DNA of 64,000 nucleotides. Source: Bispira polyomma. Its lineage: Eukaryota. Position numbers and translations under genes: made by a program. Within the stretch, counting starts at the first letter, position 1. Every line of letters starts with the position of its first letter. Location of the stretch: assembly GCA_965649765.1 (NCBI GenBank), contig OZ287755.1, positions 29,326,001-29,390,000 on the forward strand, given 5' to 3'. Positions 48,966-60,900 of the stretch are shown here, piece after piece. Below the pieces are notes generated by a model. The model searched no databases. It was not told the DNA's origin and saw only the letters and a program-made list of their open reading frames with translations.

Positions 48966-50010
48966 CTGGTCACACCTAAATGTTCTAGAGCTACGTTTGT
49001 GTCACGTTGTGTTAATTTTAGAAACGTTTTGAAACTTAGTAGGAAGGGAGGATCCCTGGTACATTCGTTCTGTGATATTGATTAACGGATGGTATCGTTC
49101 CGGAAATGTCTCCGTTTCGTCTGCTGCGACGATTGTTTCAAATTGTTTGAAACAATTGTGTCACAGCTCCCGTTTCTCCCCATTTCACTGTTCGTTCCCG
49201 AAGGTTTCCGAAAGTAGCATAGACGTATCATTAAGTAGCTCTACGTAGTAGTTGGTAGCAAGGTAGTCCTAGTTAGTAGTGATATTGTCTCCACTCGTTG
49301 TATTCGTTTTAGTAGGTAGCAGAATGAAGCAGAATGCACCAGTAAGTAGCAGTACAGTAGCTCTACGTAGTAGTAGGTAGTGAGGTTCTACCAGTAAAGG
49401 GCCCTTTTTTGCCCCTGCTCGGCGTGTAAAAGTGCCAGCATCATCACGAAACGTCCCAAAAACGTCACGAAACAATCGAGTACCTCTTTACGGAAATGAT
49501 GTCACTTTGACATGGAACTACCACATTTTCAGTGTATATTGCTTGGGTACGTTGAGGGACGTTAACATATGTAGGTGTGACCAGGTCATTCAGCCCATTC
49601 ACACCTACACGTGCTTGAGCTACGTGTGTGACGTTTTTAACTGTTTGGAAACTTAGTATAAACGTAGTAGAAGGTAATGGCAAATTGAGGATCCCTTGTG
49701 CATTCATTCTGTGATGTTTCTAAATGGATGATGTCGTTCCAAAAACGTCTTTGTTTGATCGGCTGCAATAATTATTTTAAACTGTTTGAAATAGTCGTGG
49801 CAGAGCTCTCCGTTTCTCGAGGACGTCTCCACTCGTCTGTATAAGTAGCATAACAGCATAACATTGCATAATGTAGCCATAAGTAGCAGTAAGTAGTGAG
49901 CTCATCTTAACGCGTCTCCGTTAGTCAGGAAAAGTTTCACTAAGTAGGAGAAGGTATCAGAACGCACAAGTAAGGAATAAACAATAGATCTACGTAGTAG
50001 TAGGTAGTGC
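48966..50010. mobile_element. PIF/Harbinger-like MITE (48966-49584) followed by a second partial related copy
   Basis: Inverted termini ctggtcacaccta / taggtgtgaccag. The internal block gagctacgt...gaggatccct...cattc.ttctgtgat recurs from about 49617. Confidence 0.6.
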
Positions 50011-50024
50011 TATCATATCAGTAG

Positions 50025-50330
50025 AGTCTTTGCTCTGGTTAGAGTGACATTGGATTTGAGTGTCCAGGTTCTCACTGCTGGCCTAGAGATTGTATTTTTG
50101 GACAAGGTACTTCACACAAAGCTATGCCTCTCCACCCATGTGTATAAATGGGTACTGACCGCTAATGGGTGTTAGTCTTTGCACTGTATGTGCCAGCTTG
50201 GCCAGTATTCTTCCTGAGGGAGCTAGGACTGAACTGAAGTGGAAGAATGCAGACTGGGGGTTTAAGTTGTAAAGTCGGATAAGATTTCAATAGAGGTGAT
50301 ATCGGACTATAAACCTACACACATTTACAT
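50025..50330 (+). mobile_element. tRNA-derived SINE family A
   Basis: ctctccacccatgtgtataaatgggtac, ttcctgagggagct and the tail gactataaacctacacacatttacat match the 13580 copy. Confidence 0.75.
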
Positions 50331-50557
50331 AATTTTAGTCACACCACCAATGTAAACAAATAAGTCTTGTCTTGAGTTTTTAATGTAAAGAAGAATCCCA
50401 TATATTATTTTTTTAGAATAGATGTCAGGTTCTTATGAAGTAAGTGACATATATCAAAATTAAAACTTTGGACACTCTAGTAATACTGGAATTCTTTAAT
50501 AATTGGTATTATACTCTGCAATACTGTATCAAAAACCTTTCCACAAATGTGTTTTAG

Positions 50558-50710
50558 GAGTTGTTTGAAGAATATGGGGTGACTGTCACTAGTGAAAGTG
50601 TAGAAGGCTGCTACTGTAACACTGATGAGTGTAACTATGGTAACCATGTCCATGCCCACCTGCTGGGAGTCTTGTTCTTTGCCTTGATGGTCCTGAGGGC
50701 AGTTTATTGA
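50558..50710 (+). CDS. Ly6/uPAR protein exon 5 (CxCxxDxCN and GPI signal)
   Basis: Acceptor gtgttttag. Reads ELFEEYGVTVTSESVEGCYCNTDECNYGNHVHAHLLGVLFFALMVLRAVY-TGA. The assembled 161 aa protein has 10 Cys in the mature part and a hydrophobic tail. Confidence 0.92.
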   Translation, partial: ELFEEYGVTVTSESVEGCYCNTDECNYGNHVHAHLLGVLFFALMVLRAVY

Positions 50711-50876
50711 GCAAATGATGTTGATTTTGACATTAGACATGTTTGATTTTGTTGAACAAACATTTTTTTGTGAACTAGATTTTAATTACTCTGTTGAGAA
50801 ACGCCAAGCTGATTTTACAACTTAATATGGTGACAACTTTCCAGATATTTGCGTTTAGTCATGTGAGATTGTGTTA

Positions 50877-50882
50877 AATAAA
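50877..50882 (+). promoter_or_regulatory. Candidate polyadenylation signal of the Ly6/uPAR gene
   Basis: AATAAA about 170 nt after the stop; further copies lie downstream. Confidence 0.4.
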
Positions 50883-51976
50883 TGTCATTTCATCTTCCTA
50901 TTGCGACATCATTTAACATTTTTTAATAATGCTATTCGGATTAGCTAAGACTGTGAGACACCAATATGTCAATTATGCGAATATTGAAGATTTATTAACA
51001 AATTCAATGACAATATGCACGGATTGAGTAACCATTCGAACAATACAATGATATTTTTATTTGAATAAAACAATTTTGGTTGAGAGTTCATTAAGAACAC
51101 TAAATAGCACAGGTGAATTCAACAAGAGATTCTTAAGACTTTGTCACAGTAGATTGGTGTGTCAGAGAATCTCAAAATTCTCAAGTTCCTGCCATGAAAT
51201 TCTAGCAGTGGCAACTAGAGGTGACTGTTTCAAATAAACCACCATGTTACAAAATCTGGTAATGGTCAAAGCTTTCTGTGAGTCTAAACAAAGAACCATG
51301 TTGATTTAGTAAAGTGTGATGGGGCTCTTCTTAAATAGATATTACTAAATATTAACAAATTTCGTTTGTGCAGTATATCTGTTCTATGTAATAAAAAGGA
51401 CATATTTTGCATTACATTCAGTGTAGACCCTGTGTTAAAATTAGGTTAACACATTGATCCACGTAGATTTTGAAATTGTTAATACACTTTATTCCAGAGA
51501 TGGGCTTTAGAATCCTCGTTGTCTTTTTAACTTTGTCACTGCTTTTTGTCAGCTATTATCTGTATGTATGAGTCTGCATTATTATTTTCATAGGTGGATC
51601 CGGGGGTCCAGAGAATCAGGCCTTTTAACTTTTTTTTCTAGCTGCAGCAAACATGAGTCTAACAACCAAATGTTGACACTTATGTTCCCAAAATATTTTA
51701 AGAGTGGATCCCATCCCTTACCACAAATTCCTGGATCCATCAAACCGTATGTCACAAAAAATAAGATTTAACTTAGTGGTCTGGTTAAACAACTAATCAT
51801 TTTCTAAAACCCTGAAATAAAATTTGATTGTTTGTTTTTTATTTCTACAGGCATTAATATGCTGGGCCAATAAATAAAATAAAATAACATATACATATAT
51901 GAATGTGTGTGGTGTGGCTGACAATATTGATATAGTAAAATATAACATCATTTACAAAACTTTTTTTTTGAAATCA

Positions 51977-52020
51977 ATATTTCATTACCCGTCTATATAT
52001 ATAGACGGGTAATGAAATAT
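51977..52020. repeat. Perfect 44 bp palindrome
   Basis: atatttcattacccgtctatatatatagacgggtaatgaaatat, checked base by base. Confidence 0.95.
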
Positions 52021-54603
52021 ATATAGAGCATAAATATATATATATATATCGTTATGCTACTCTAATACATGATAATAGATTTAGTTCACATTTAAGATAG
52101 AATTTAACACTTGATATTCTATATGACCTGAAATAGCATGACAGTTTTTGTGAAGTAGCTCATATACTGTATGGCCTCTTGTACCATCTTAAACTACTAT
52201 TAAACTTAAAGGAATATTTTGTTTGATTGTAATTGTTGATTTGGCTATTCGTTTTCTTAAAAACTGCACAAAAGTCTATTTTTTTGATACTGACCCAGTG
52301 TTAAAAAATACATATTAAATTTTCTGTCTAAATTGAAAGATTTTAAGAAAGACAAGATTTTTTAATTAATTTAATTACACAATCTATTTGGTAAGAAGTG
52401 GAACTCTAAGCTTGATCGGTTTGACATTAGTAGTTTATAATGTTGGTTATTATTCTTTGAAGTAGTATATATGTACAGTTCGTGTGACTTATGTTTGTGA
52501 AATAAAAATTAACCACATTGGACATTCTATTCATTCTTGCCTTTCCAACCCCACAATAAATTAAAAAGAAGCTTAAAACCTACTTATTTAGCAAAGCTTT
52601 CCCACCTTACCCACCTTACCCCATTTTTCTGTCTCACGTACCTTAGAATCCACTAGCAAGGAGATTAGGTGCTATAAAGTTAGATTATATTAGTTTACCA
52701 GCAGCATTATACCAATATAATATGCACATGACCATACCAACTGGCAAACAGGGATAATAGTTTTCCTTTTTCCACTAACTATTTTAAAGAGGAAATATAT
52801 GCTGGAATACAATAATTCAAATTGTTTACACTTGAGAAATATAGTATTTAAGTTGAACGTCTACAGAACTACAATCAATCCCCATGCACCATCTGTGGTA
52901 CAATTCTAAATCAACTTTAAGGTTTTGAGGGTTTTTTTGGACAAACACCAGTAATCATTCTAGTATGTATATTACCAGGGAGATTATTCCATTCCCACCC
53001 CATGTAGAATCCGAGTATGACATTTAATCTGAATTTAATATGGACCTTCATTATTAGTCAGTGTATATTTTGACTAAGAGAAAGTGTGCCAACTTGATAT
53101 AGACTTTCTTCTTTATTGATTCTTCATTTTTAAATACAATTTGAAGTATTCACTTGGAACGTAATTTGCACCATTCAAAACTCATTTGTAAAACTGGCTA
53201 AAATAATGTTTAGTGAAAACTTATCAGTATTTACTACACTTACTGCATTACAAGTAAAATCAGTAGCCCACGTTCTGTGTTGGTGCTGAAAAAAGGTGTT
53301 ACCTTTATGGTATCATTAGTTTTATATGTTGACAGTCAGATACTAATAAAGAAATTGTCCCTGTAATAATGATCAAAGTTAGAATATTAATTATTTGTGT
53401 ACACACATTGACAATTTTACCTATAAATTTAAGTGTAGTTTTTATGTAAAATAAGGAAATTTTATTTCAAGCAAAAGTTTCAATTCTTGACAAGTTTGTT
53501 TTTTCTCTGTAATTGGTGTTTGCTTTTGGTATTCATATTGGTTTATTTTAAATAGGCATAGGTCACATAGTAGACATATCATAAAAAAAAAATAATATGT
53601 AGTATTCAAAACAATTCAAAATAAATTAGAATAAAGTTATACCATGTTGCAATATGTATGGATGCCAGATTAATTATATACTATTAACTGTTTTATTACA
53701 CTTTTAATGTTGTGACAATGATTCAAAATAAGCATTATGTTTATAAACCATGTTTTAAACAGGATGTTGAAAGCCATCAAGAGATATTTATTATTTATAT
53801 AAATTACAATATGAAACCATTTGTTTTTGTCTGGGATTTTACCCACTATTAACATTTATTCAATATCTCGACTGGGATACATGACCACAGTATCGTGTTG
53901 GAGGAAAATCAAAGCTGTTTATTTTCTTAAGTTTTTTCTTGGGTATTTTATTAAATACATGTTGGTAAAATGAACAGGTTTGGACTTTCGGTTTGATAGT
54001 GCAATAAGCAACCACTGACGTGTGTATCTTCATTTTCGAAAAAAGTAATTAATACAGCAACACGAAATACATTTTTTAAGCCTCACATCACTTTTGTAAG
54101 TGATATCAATATTATTTTGGGCATTAAGGGAACACAGGCATCAGATGTATTTTTGATCTTAGTTTTTAATATGTTTGATATTGTACTTTTTGATTTAACA
54201 AAATATGTATATACAAAACCGATTCTCAAAATGACGTGTGTGTATATCACAGAAGTCTCTTGTTTTTTACATCCTTCAGTATGTATGTTGATAGAAAAGA
54301 TCTTAACCAACTAATTCATTTCTTCATTGATCCTTAAATAACATATAGGCTATGTACTGTCTAAATATCTAGTAATACCAATTAGGTTAACACATTACAA
54401 CATTCCATTCAATGAATAGACAAAAAGATCAATTATAAACATCCTACTGCATATGTATCATAACGGCCTCCTGTGATACCATAGAGGTGTCATAATGACT
54501 GTCCATACAAAGTTGAGAACAAAGTGACTTTACTAATTAAACACTATTCATAAAGTATGGATATAATTAAGATATACTTAAAAAAGAGTTACCTTGTGAA
54601 GTT

Positions 54604-54691
54604 CATCTATCTAAGAACCAATCAGATTGCACCCCACCATAGTTACCACTTTTTCAGACTTCCATATTGCTTTCCGAGATAGAAGCAACAA
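54604..54691 (+). repeat. Direct repeat copy 1 of element 2 (partner at 59770-59860)
   Basis: catctatctaagaaccaatcagattgc...catattgc...agatagaagcaacaa recurs with divergence at 59770-59860. Confidence 0.8.
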
Positions 54692-54914
54692 GTGTATTTT
54701 TATTTTATTTTTATGGACATTTTATACAAGTTATTTTATTTTTACAACGGTTTAGTTCATGTTTATATAGATTCATCATATAGCAGCCATATAAAGGCAC
54801 ATATTGATCACAGGAAGATATGGGTTGACCAAAGTGTAAGGTAACACCACAGGCGATAGCGGCCTCAGTGCTGAGGTACCAGACTGATTAAAAGTTGAAG
54901 GGGCCTGGGTTTAC

Positions 54915-54953
54915 TATAAAAGGCATTTTCTCTTCAAATTTAACCGCCATTTT
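54915..54953 (+). promoter_or_regulatory. Candidate internal Pol II promoter of element 2
   Basis: TATAAAA (54915) followed by YY1-type CCGCCATTTT (54944), upstream of gag; a CCAAT box lies in the 5' direct repeat. Confidence 0.45.
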
Positions 54954-57900
54954 CGTTTGGGGTTTGTAGAAGGAAGAGCTTAGAATCAAAACGTGGCATT
55001 GCTGGAGTTCAATTTATTTGTTTTAAAAAGTTTTTACCATTTTACTTAAACTACTCCAGTGATGCCTCTGATTAGTGCTAAAAAAGTGGTGAATTGTTTA
55101 CGGTGAAAAAAAACAACATGAAAGACCCTCGGGTCGGAATTGTACAGCCATGCTAACTGAGGTTGCTCAGCCAGTTGTCGTCCCGAGTACCAGGACCCAG
55201 ATGGATTCCACTCCTGATGGACAGGCAGTGCTAGCTATATTAACACACATGCAATCAATAAACATCATGATGGAGAAAATCGACAGGCGGGTACAAGCAA
55301 CGGATGAGGCAGTGTTGAAGAATAAAGCAACAGAACAGGCTGGTAACATTGTATCAAATACCATTTTAAACTCTAGCTCTGAAAACTCCAACGAAGGCCA
55401 CACGGGTAGTAATAACACTATTGTTCCTGGGGTCAAGTTCCTAAAACATAATGTCAAAATTCAAACGCAAGTGGAGCAAAGACTCAAGGAATTACAAAAT
55501 CTCAATGAGGGTCCAACCCAAGGTAGAGTGAAGTCCCAAGGAGGGGGTGGCTCTAATAATCTGGTCAAAAAAGTGGTCACGGGGCCTCAAAATTATGTCC
55601 TATCAGGAAGTGCCAAAACTAGACCCAGTTCTCATGAACTTACTGTAGCTCAGTGGGTGTGTGGGTTTACCCGTATTATCCAGGACGAAAAAAGTGTCGA
55701 AGTCAGAGGGGCTATGTTAGACCACATGGGTAGCCTTATGGAGGACGCACAGGATTTTTCCTGGGAAGCGGCTAAGGCTTGTCATGCAGTCTTATTAACA
55801 AATATGGAAATGGACAAATTGGGGTGGTTAAAAATCGGAAAAGTTGACTGAATACGTAAAGCTCATGCTCAATGCCACGTGTCCAGTAGTAGTGTCTCTT
55901 CTAACAATGGCACATGTAGTACAATAAGTACCAAGAAAGGTAATACAGAATCAAATGCTGTTACATGTCGTTTCTTCCAAGAAAGAAATTGTAAATTCTC
56001 GACACAAAATGGGGGAAAAATTTTATAAACACATGTGAGACGTGTGAGGGCAGACATAGAACGAGTCTATGCACAAAAAAGGGGCAAAAAAACTAGGTGG
56101 CCACTACAACAATGCAGTGGTTCAATGAGTAAATAGCCAAAATGTTGTAAGTAGAATGGTGTTCAATTCCAGTTTTAAGGATTTCCATCTATTTAACAAA
56201 AATGTCGTAAATAAAATGTGTACATATATGAAGGTCACCAAAGGTGATGTCACTTATAGCAAGGTGGTAAAAAGTAAAAAAGAGGGAAACGTATTGAACC
56301 TTATTGTGCACAGGTGGACAAATTCCTGCCAGAAGGTGTCGCAGAGAACAATTGTAAATAAAAGTAAGGTAAATGTAGAGCTCTCGAGAGGGACACAATA
56401 ACAAAAATGTGCACAAATTAAAGAGAGAGATGGTAGAATGGAAAACACAATGGACAAACAAAGAACTGTTCCCAATGAGGCCAAAGGGTATGTAGAACAA
56501 TTCCCAGCAGTACTGCTGGAAAATAGGTTTTCTGCCTTTATGAAGTATGTACTGAGCTGTGAGGAGGTGTGAATAACACCAACCCCCAAACTATTGTGAA
56601 AGTCAAAAGTAGAAACAATAAGTCGAGAGAAGGATGTGTGAATAACACTAACCCCAGGTGTGAAACAAAAAAATCAAGCGGCTGTGTGAATAGGGCCAAC
56701 CATAATGAGTGAGCAAAAACAAAGTCAATTCGCGTATGGCTTCACACCTTTGTCTAGTTTAGGTAATAAAATCACAGATAGAAACAAGAACAAATCTGAA
56801 GTGAATATCTTGAAAGCCCATACTAAAATCGTGCAGGTGGAAGGCACAACTATGTTGGTTTACAAATTCCAGTGCAGTGTCAACTAAATGAAGAAAGGTG
56901 GAAACAGTATTTACACGACTATTGGAATTGGCCTCTGCTCATTAAATACAGTTTCCCCCTTGACTTTAACCGGAAGGAAACAGTTGAATCAAATGGTGAT
57001 AATCATAAATCCGTTGACGAGTTCCCTAGACAATTAGACTTGTATTTAAACGAAGAATATAAATTGGATGCCATATTGGGTCCCTTTAAACAAAATCTAA
57101 TTGAAAACCTCTCTTTCACCTCCCTAATGACCAGGGATAAATCTAGCTCAGCTAACCGACGTGTAATTGTGGATTTAAGTTGGCCCAAAGGGGCTTCCGT
57201 CAATGTGGGGGTTTGCCCCTCGTCGTACCTAGGAACAGACTTTCTATTGTCATATTCATCTATTGACAGTCTTACAAAGGAGCTTAATAAACTTGGAAAG
57301 GGTGAGTCGCGCCTTTCGCCACATTCCTATTGATCTGGGGGACATTGATTTGTTAGCGTTAAAATGGAACTCCTTTTATATAGACAAATCTTTACCGTTC
57401 GGATGCCAGAATGGGTCCACAATTTTTCAGCGTCTTTTGGACACAGTTTCCTTTATAATGAAATCTGAGGGACACAGCATCCACAACTATATTGATGATC
57501 TTCTTTGCGGCTCATTACCAAATAAATCAATCAAACATAAGACCGATTACAAGAACTCCTATCCGAACTTGGACTCACTGTTAGTTAAAAGACAATAGTG
57601 GCTCCAGCAACACAGGTTGTTTGCTCAGGCATAATAATTGATACAGTAGAAAGCACTACATGAATTCCTAGTGAAAAACTGATGGAAATAAAAAAAACTA
57701 TGCAAATTCTGGGAATTAAAAACTCATTGTACTAAGCGTGAATTGCAATCCTTTCTAGGTCTTCTACTATACGTTGCAAAGTGTATCAAATATGCTATAG
57801 TTTTTCTAAACAGAATGTTAGAATTGCTTAGAGACAATCATAGTAAATAAAGATTCAAAATTACTTTGCAGTAGCCTTAAAAATATGGGCAAAAATCTGG

Positions 57901-60900
57901 CAAGGTAAAAAAATTCGGGTCAAGTGTGATAATCAGGCTGTGGTGAGTGTTCTACAGAGTGGGCGAACTCGTGATCCCACACTTGCCATGTACACTAGAA
58001 ATATATACATGCTGGCTAGTCAAAATGATATAGAGCTAAATGTAGTACACATATTGGGGGCAAAGAACCAAATTGCAGATCTACTTTCCAGATGGACAGA
58101 AACCAATAGTAATCATGAATTACTTTTTCAGTTAACTGGTCCAGTGCAATGGGTGCAAACACACCCAACCATGCTAAAAGTAAATGACAATATTTAAAAT
58201 ATTTCTTGTAATGTTATGTTTCAGGCAAATTTGCCCTTGAGGTCTGGATCAATAGGAAGGCTCTTGAGAGACTGGAAGCTGTCTTAGCTCCTTCAACTGC
58301 AAAGGCTTATGACAGAATGTACAGATTGTTCCTGGCCTTTGGAATCTTTATGTCCTGGCCAGCATCCAAGGTGAACGTCTTTCAGTTACTAGCATATTTA
58401 TAGTTATTAAATTACAATTCTGTCTCAGTCTCCCATGTGGCTAACCATTTGTCTGCCATTAAGGCCAAGTGCAAGCCAAGCTAAAATCTGTTTGATATAC
58501 CTTAGTTAAAACAATTAATGAAAAAATGTGATGCTGCCTATATGGGGCAAATTTATTAAGTTTTTTCAGTTTCTTATGTCTAATCTATGTTCGCATGCAG
58601 TACATGGGGTTTTCCCCTGAAACAGCTAGCAAGAGCCGACGTTATATTCAAACCAGGCTATGTTGTAATAATGGAAAAGTGGTCCAAGACTTTTAAAAAC
58701 AATGATGTAGTAAAACTATTACCTATCCCGGCACTACTTCACTCAAAAATTTGCCCCATCAAGGCTATTAAAAACGTCATCAGTATCAGGCCAGTGGGAA
58801 AAGAACCTCCCACTTTTTCAATATAAGCTAAACCAAACTTGGATATCTATGACTGACAGAAGAGTCTGTCGTCACTGAATAAAACATTTTGCAAATGCTT
58901 GGCTTTGACAAAAGCGAATTGACGTTCCACGATTTTCAACATTCAGGTACAACGTTTGCATTCAACAGTAATGTGCCACTTGGACATCGGACTACGTCTG
59001 AAGCTACATTACAGACTCTGCCAATGCACGCTGTAATGTAGTCGACTGCTTCCGAAATGTTCTACTCACTACATAACTTGTGGTGTTGGTGGCCTGACAA
59101 TTCAAACGTGTCATGTCAGTACTAAATCACTAGATGATAAAAATATAATTGATACAAAGTACAGTAAATACAACTGATTACTGTCTTTTTGGCCATATAG
59201 TCACCCTATAAAACAGAGTACATAATTTATCATCATGCTGAACTTAAGAACAGCTAAATCAACATCAAAATTCATTTCGTCACCTTTGTTTTAATTTCTC
59301 ATAAACTTAAACTTAAGTTAGGGTAACCTCATCTTTAAACTTTAAGGTTACCTTTGTTTAAGCTCAAGCTATGGTGACATCATTTTCAATCCATATAGTT
59401 CACCTTTGTTTCTAATTCTTAAACTTAAACTTCAATTTATGGTGACCTTAAAAATCTTAAGGGTTACCTTAGGGACACCTTAAGGTGTATGAACGCCTTG
59501 CTTGAGGTGACCTTTTGCCCCAAAATATTACAACTGTACATAGTGAAATATTAGATATAACCTTGTCATAATAAATATTTAACCGCATTGCTATGTGTTT
59601 CTGTGTTACATTAATTGACTTCTAAAACTGCCCGAGGCACTGAAAACCCCATTACATAACGAGACGGGCCAAGGTGTTAAACATACAAGAGACACGGGTC
59701 ATCAGGTATCAGATTCACTAGTCACAAACCTTGAACATCCTAACACACGCTTTATCAATGCGATATGTCCATCCATCTAAGAACCAATCAGATCGCTAGC
59801 ACCACAGCAAAGTTCCCACTTTTTAGACTTTCATATTGCATCCCTAGATAGAAGCAACAACGAGTGCAACAGTTATGGAATTTATAAAGAACTTAAATAT
59901 AAAATGCGTGCAGAACGTCTGCTAGATGGAAACCTAGATACATATAACTTAATCAGCTGAAAATGTAAGGACATTTTCAGGTGTAAGAAAATGCACATAT
60001 TTGACTGTCATAGTATATAGGTAATTGATGGGCTTGCTCTAGGTACTTGGAGTCCAGACACTGTGGGAAGAGTTCTGGGTCCTATAGAGGGGGTCTTTTA
60101 ACTAACATTAAGAGTGCCAGAGTCGAATAGGAGCTCCGGGAGCCAGAACCCTCTGCAAGGCTTATGCTAGGCGATTAGGTGCCTCAGGTGTTTAACATGA
60201 CTCTTATTCAACATAAGATTCTTCTTTACTAATGCACAGCATTCTTTCTTATTGGAAAATCATGTTTATGGGCAGATTAGTGTGGCTTTTGGCCAATAAG
60301 GCGTTTCAAAAGTCACCAGGTTTATGCCTCAGTTATGGGCAAGCGACTTTCCCACCCCCGGTCAAGCTCTCCATCTCACTCTCAGACTGTGCCACAGAAT
60401 TAGCAGAGATTTTAGAGCACCAGGAGCAGCAGATGTAACTCCTCCAGGCCCTTCGCAATGACAGGGAGAGGCTCAGACACCCTCTTCTGCTTCTTCTTCG
60501 ACCTCACTACCAAAGACTTTTGAGGTTTCTTGAAATTCTAATCAAATCTTAAAATTCTAATCAAATTAAATCTCAAATATCAAAAAAGCCTAATAATACT
60601 ACAATTATCTTTCAATAATTCTCAAAGTCTAAAAAATAAAATCCTGTATTATATCTAAAATGTAGATGTTGACTCCTCAATGACACTGACTGAACTGAAT
60701 GAATTTATCAATTCAAAGTACAGCAGCTTTTACAGTAGAATCTGACATGCCAAACACATGCTACGATCTTGACACACAAGCAACACACATACTAGGTACG
60801 TATAGCACTCTCACGAGACACACAATAAATGGCGACACTAATAAAATATTTGACCATGATGTTTCTATAAGGATCACAATACACGCCCTCAGAAATTCTA

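Larger units (their letters stand above)
54604..59860 (+). mobile_element. Decayed tyrosine-recombinase retrotransposon 2 (DIRS order, Ngaro-like)
   Basis: gag 55150-55851 (QWVCGF...MEDAQDFSWEAAKACHA); RT (NHKS, RRVIVDLSWP, LPFG, NYIDD); RNase H (CDNQAVV, HILGAKNQIADLLSR); YR (APSTAKAY, KWSKT, CPIKA). No methyltransferase seen. Flanked by about 90 bp direct repeats. Confidence 0.9.

Noticed and set aside
53600-54330. Possible LINE endonuclease remnant (DHS-like motif near 53883)
   Set aside because: Too degraded to call.
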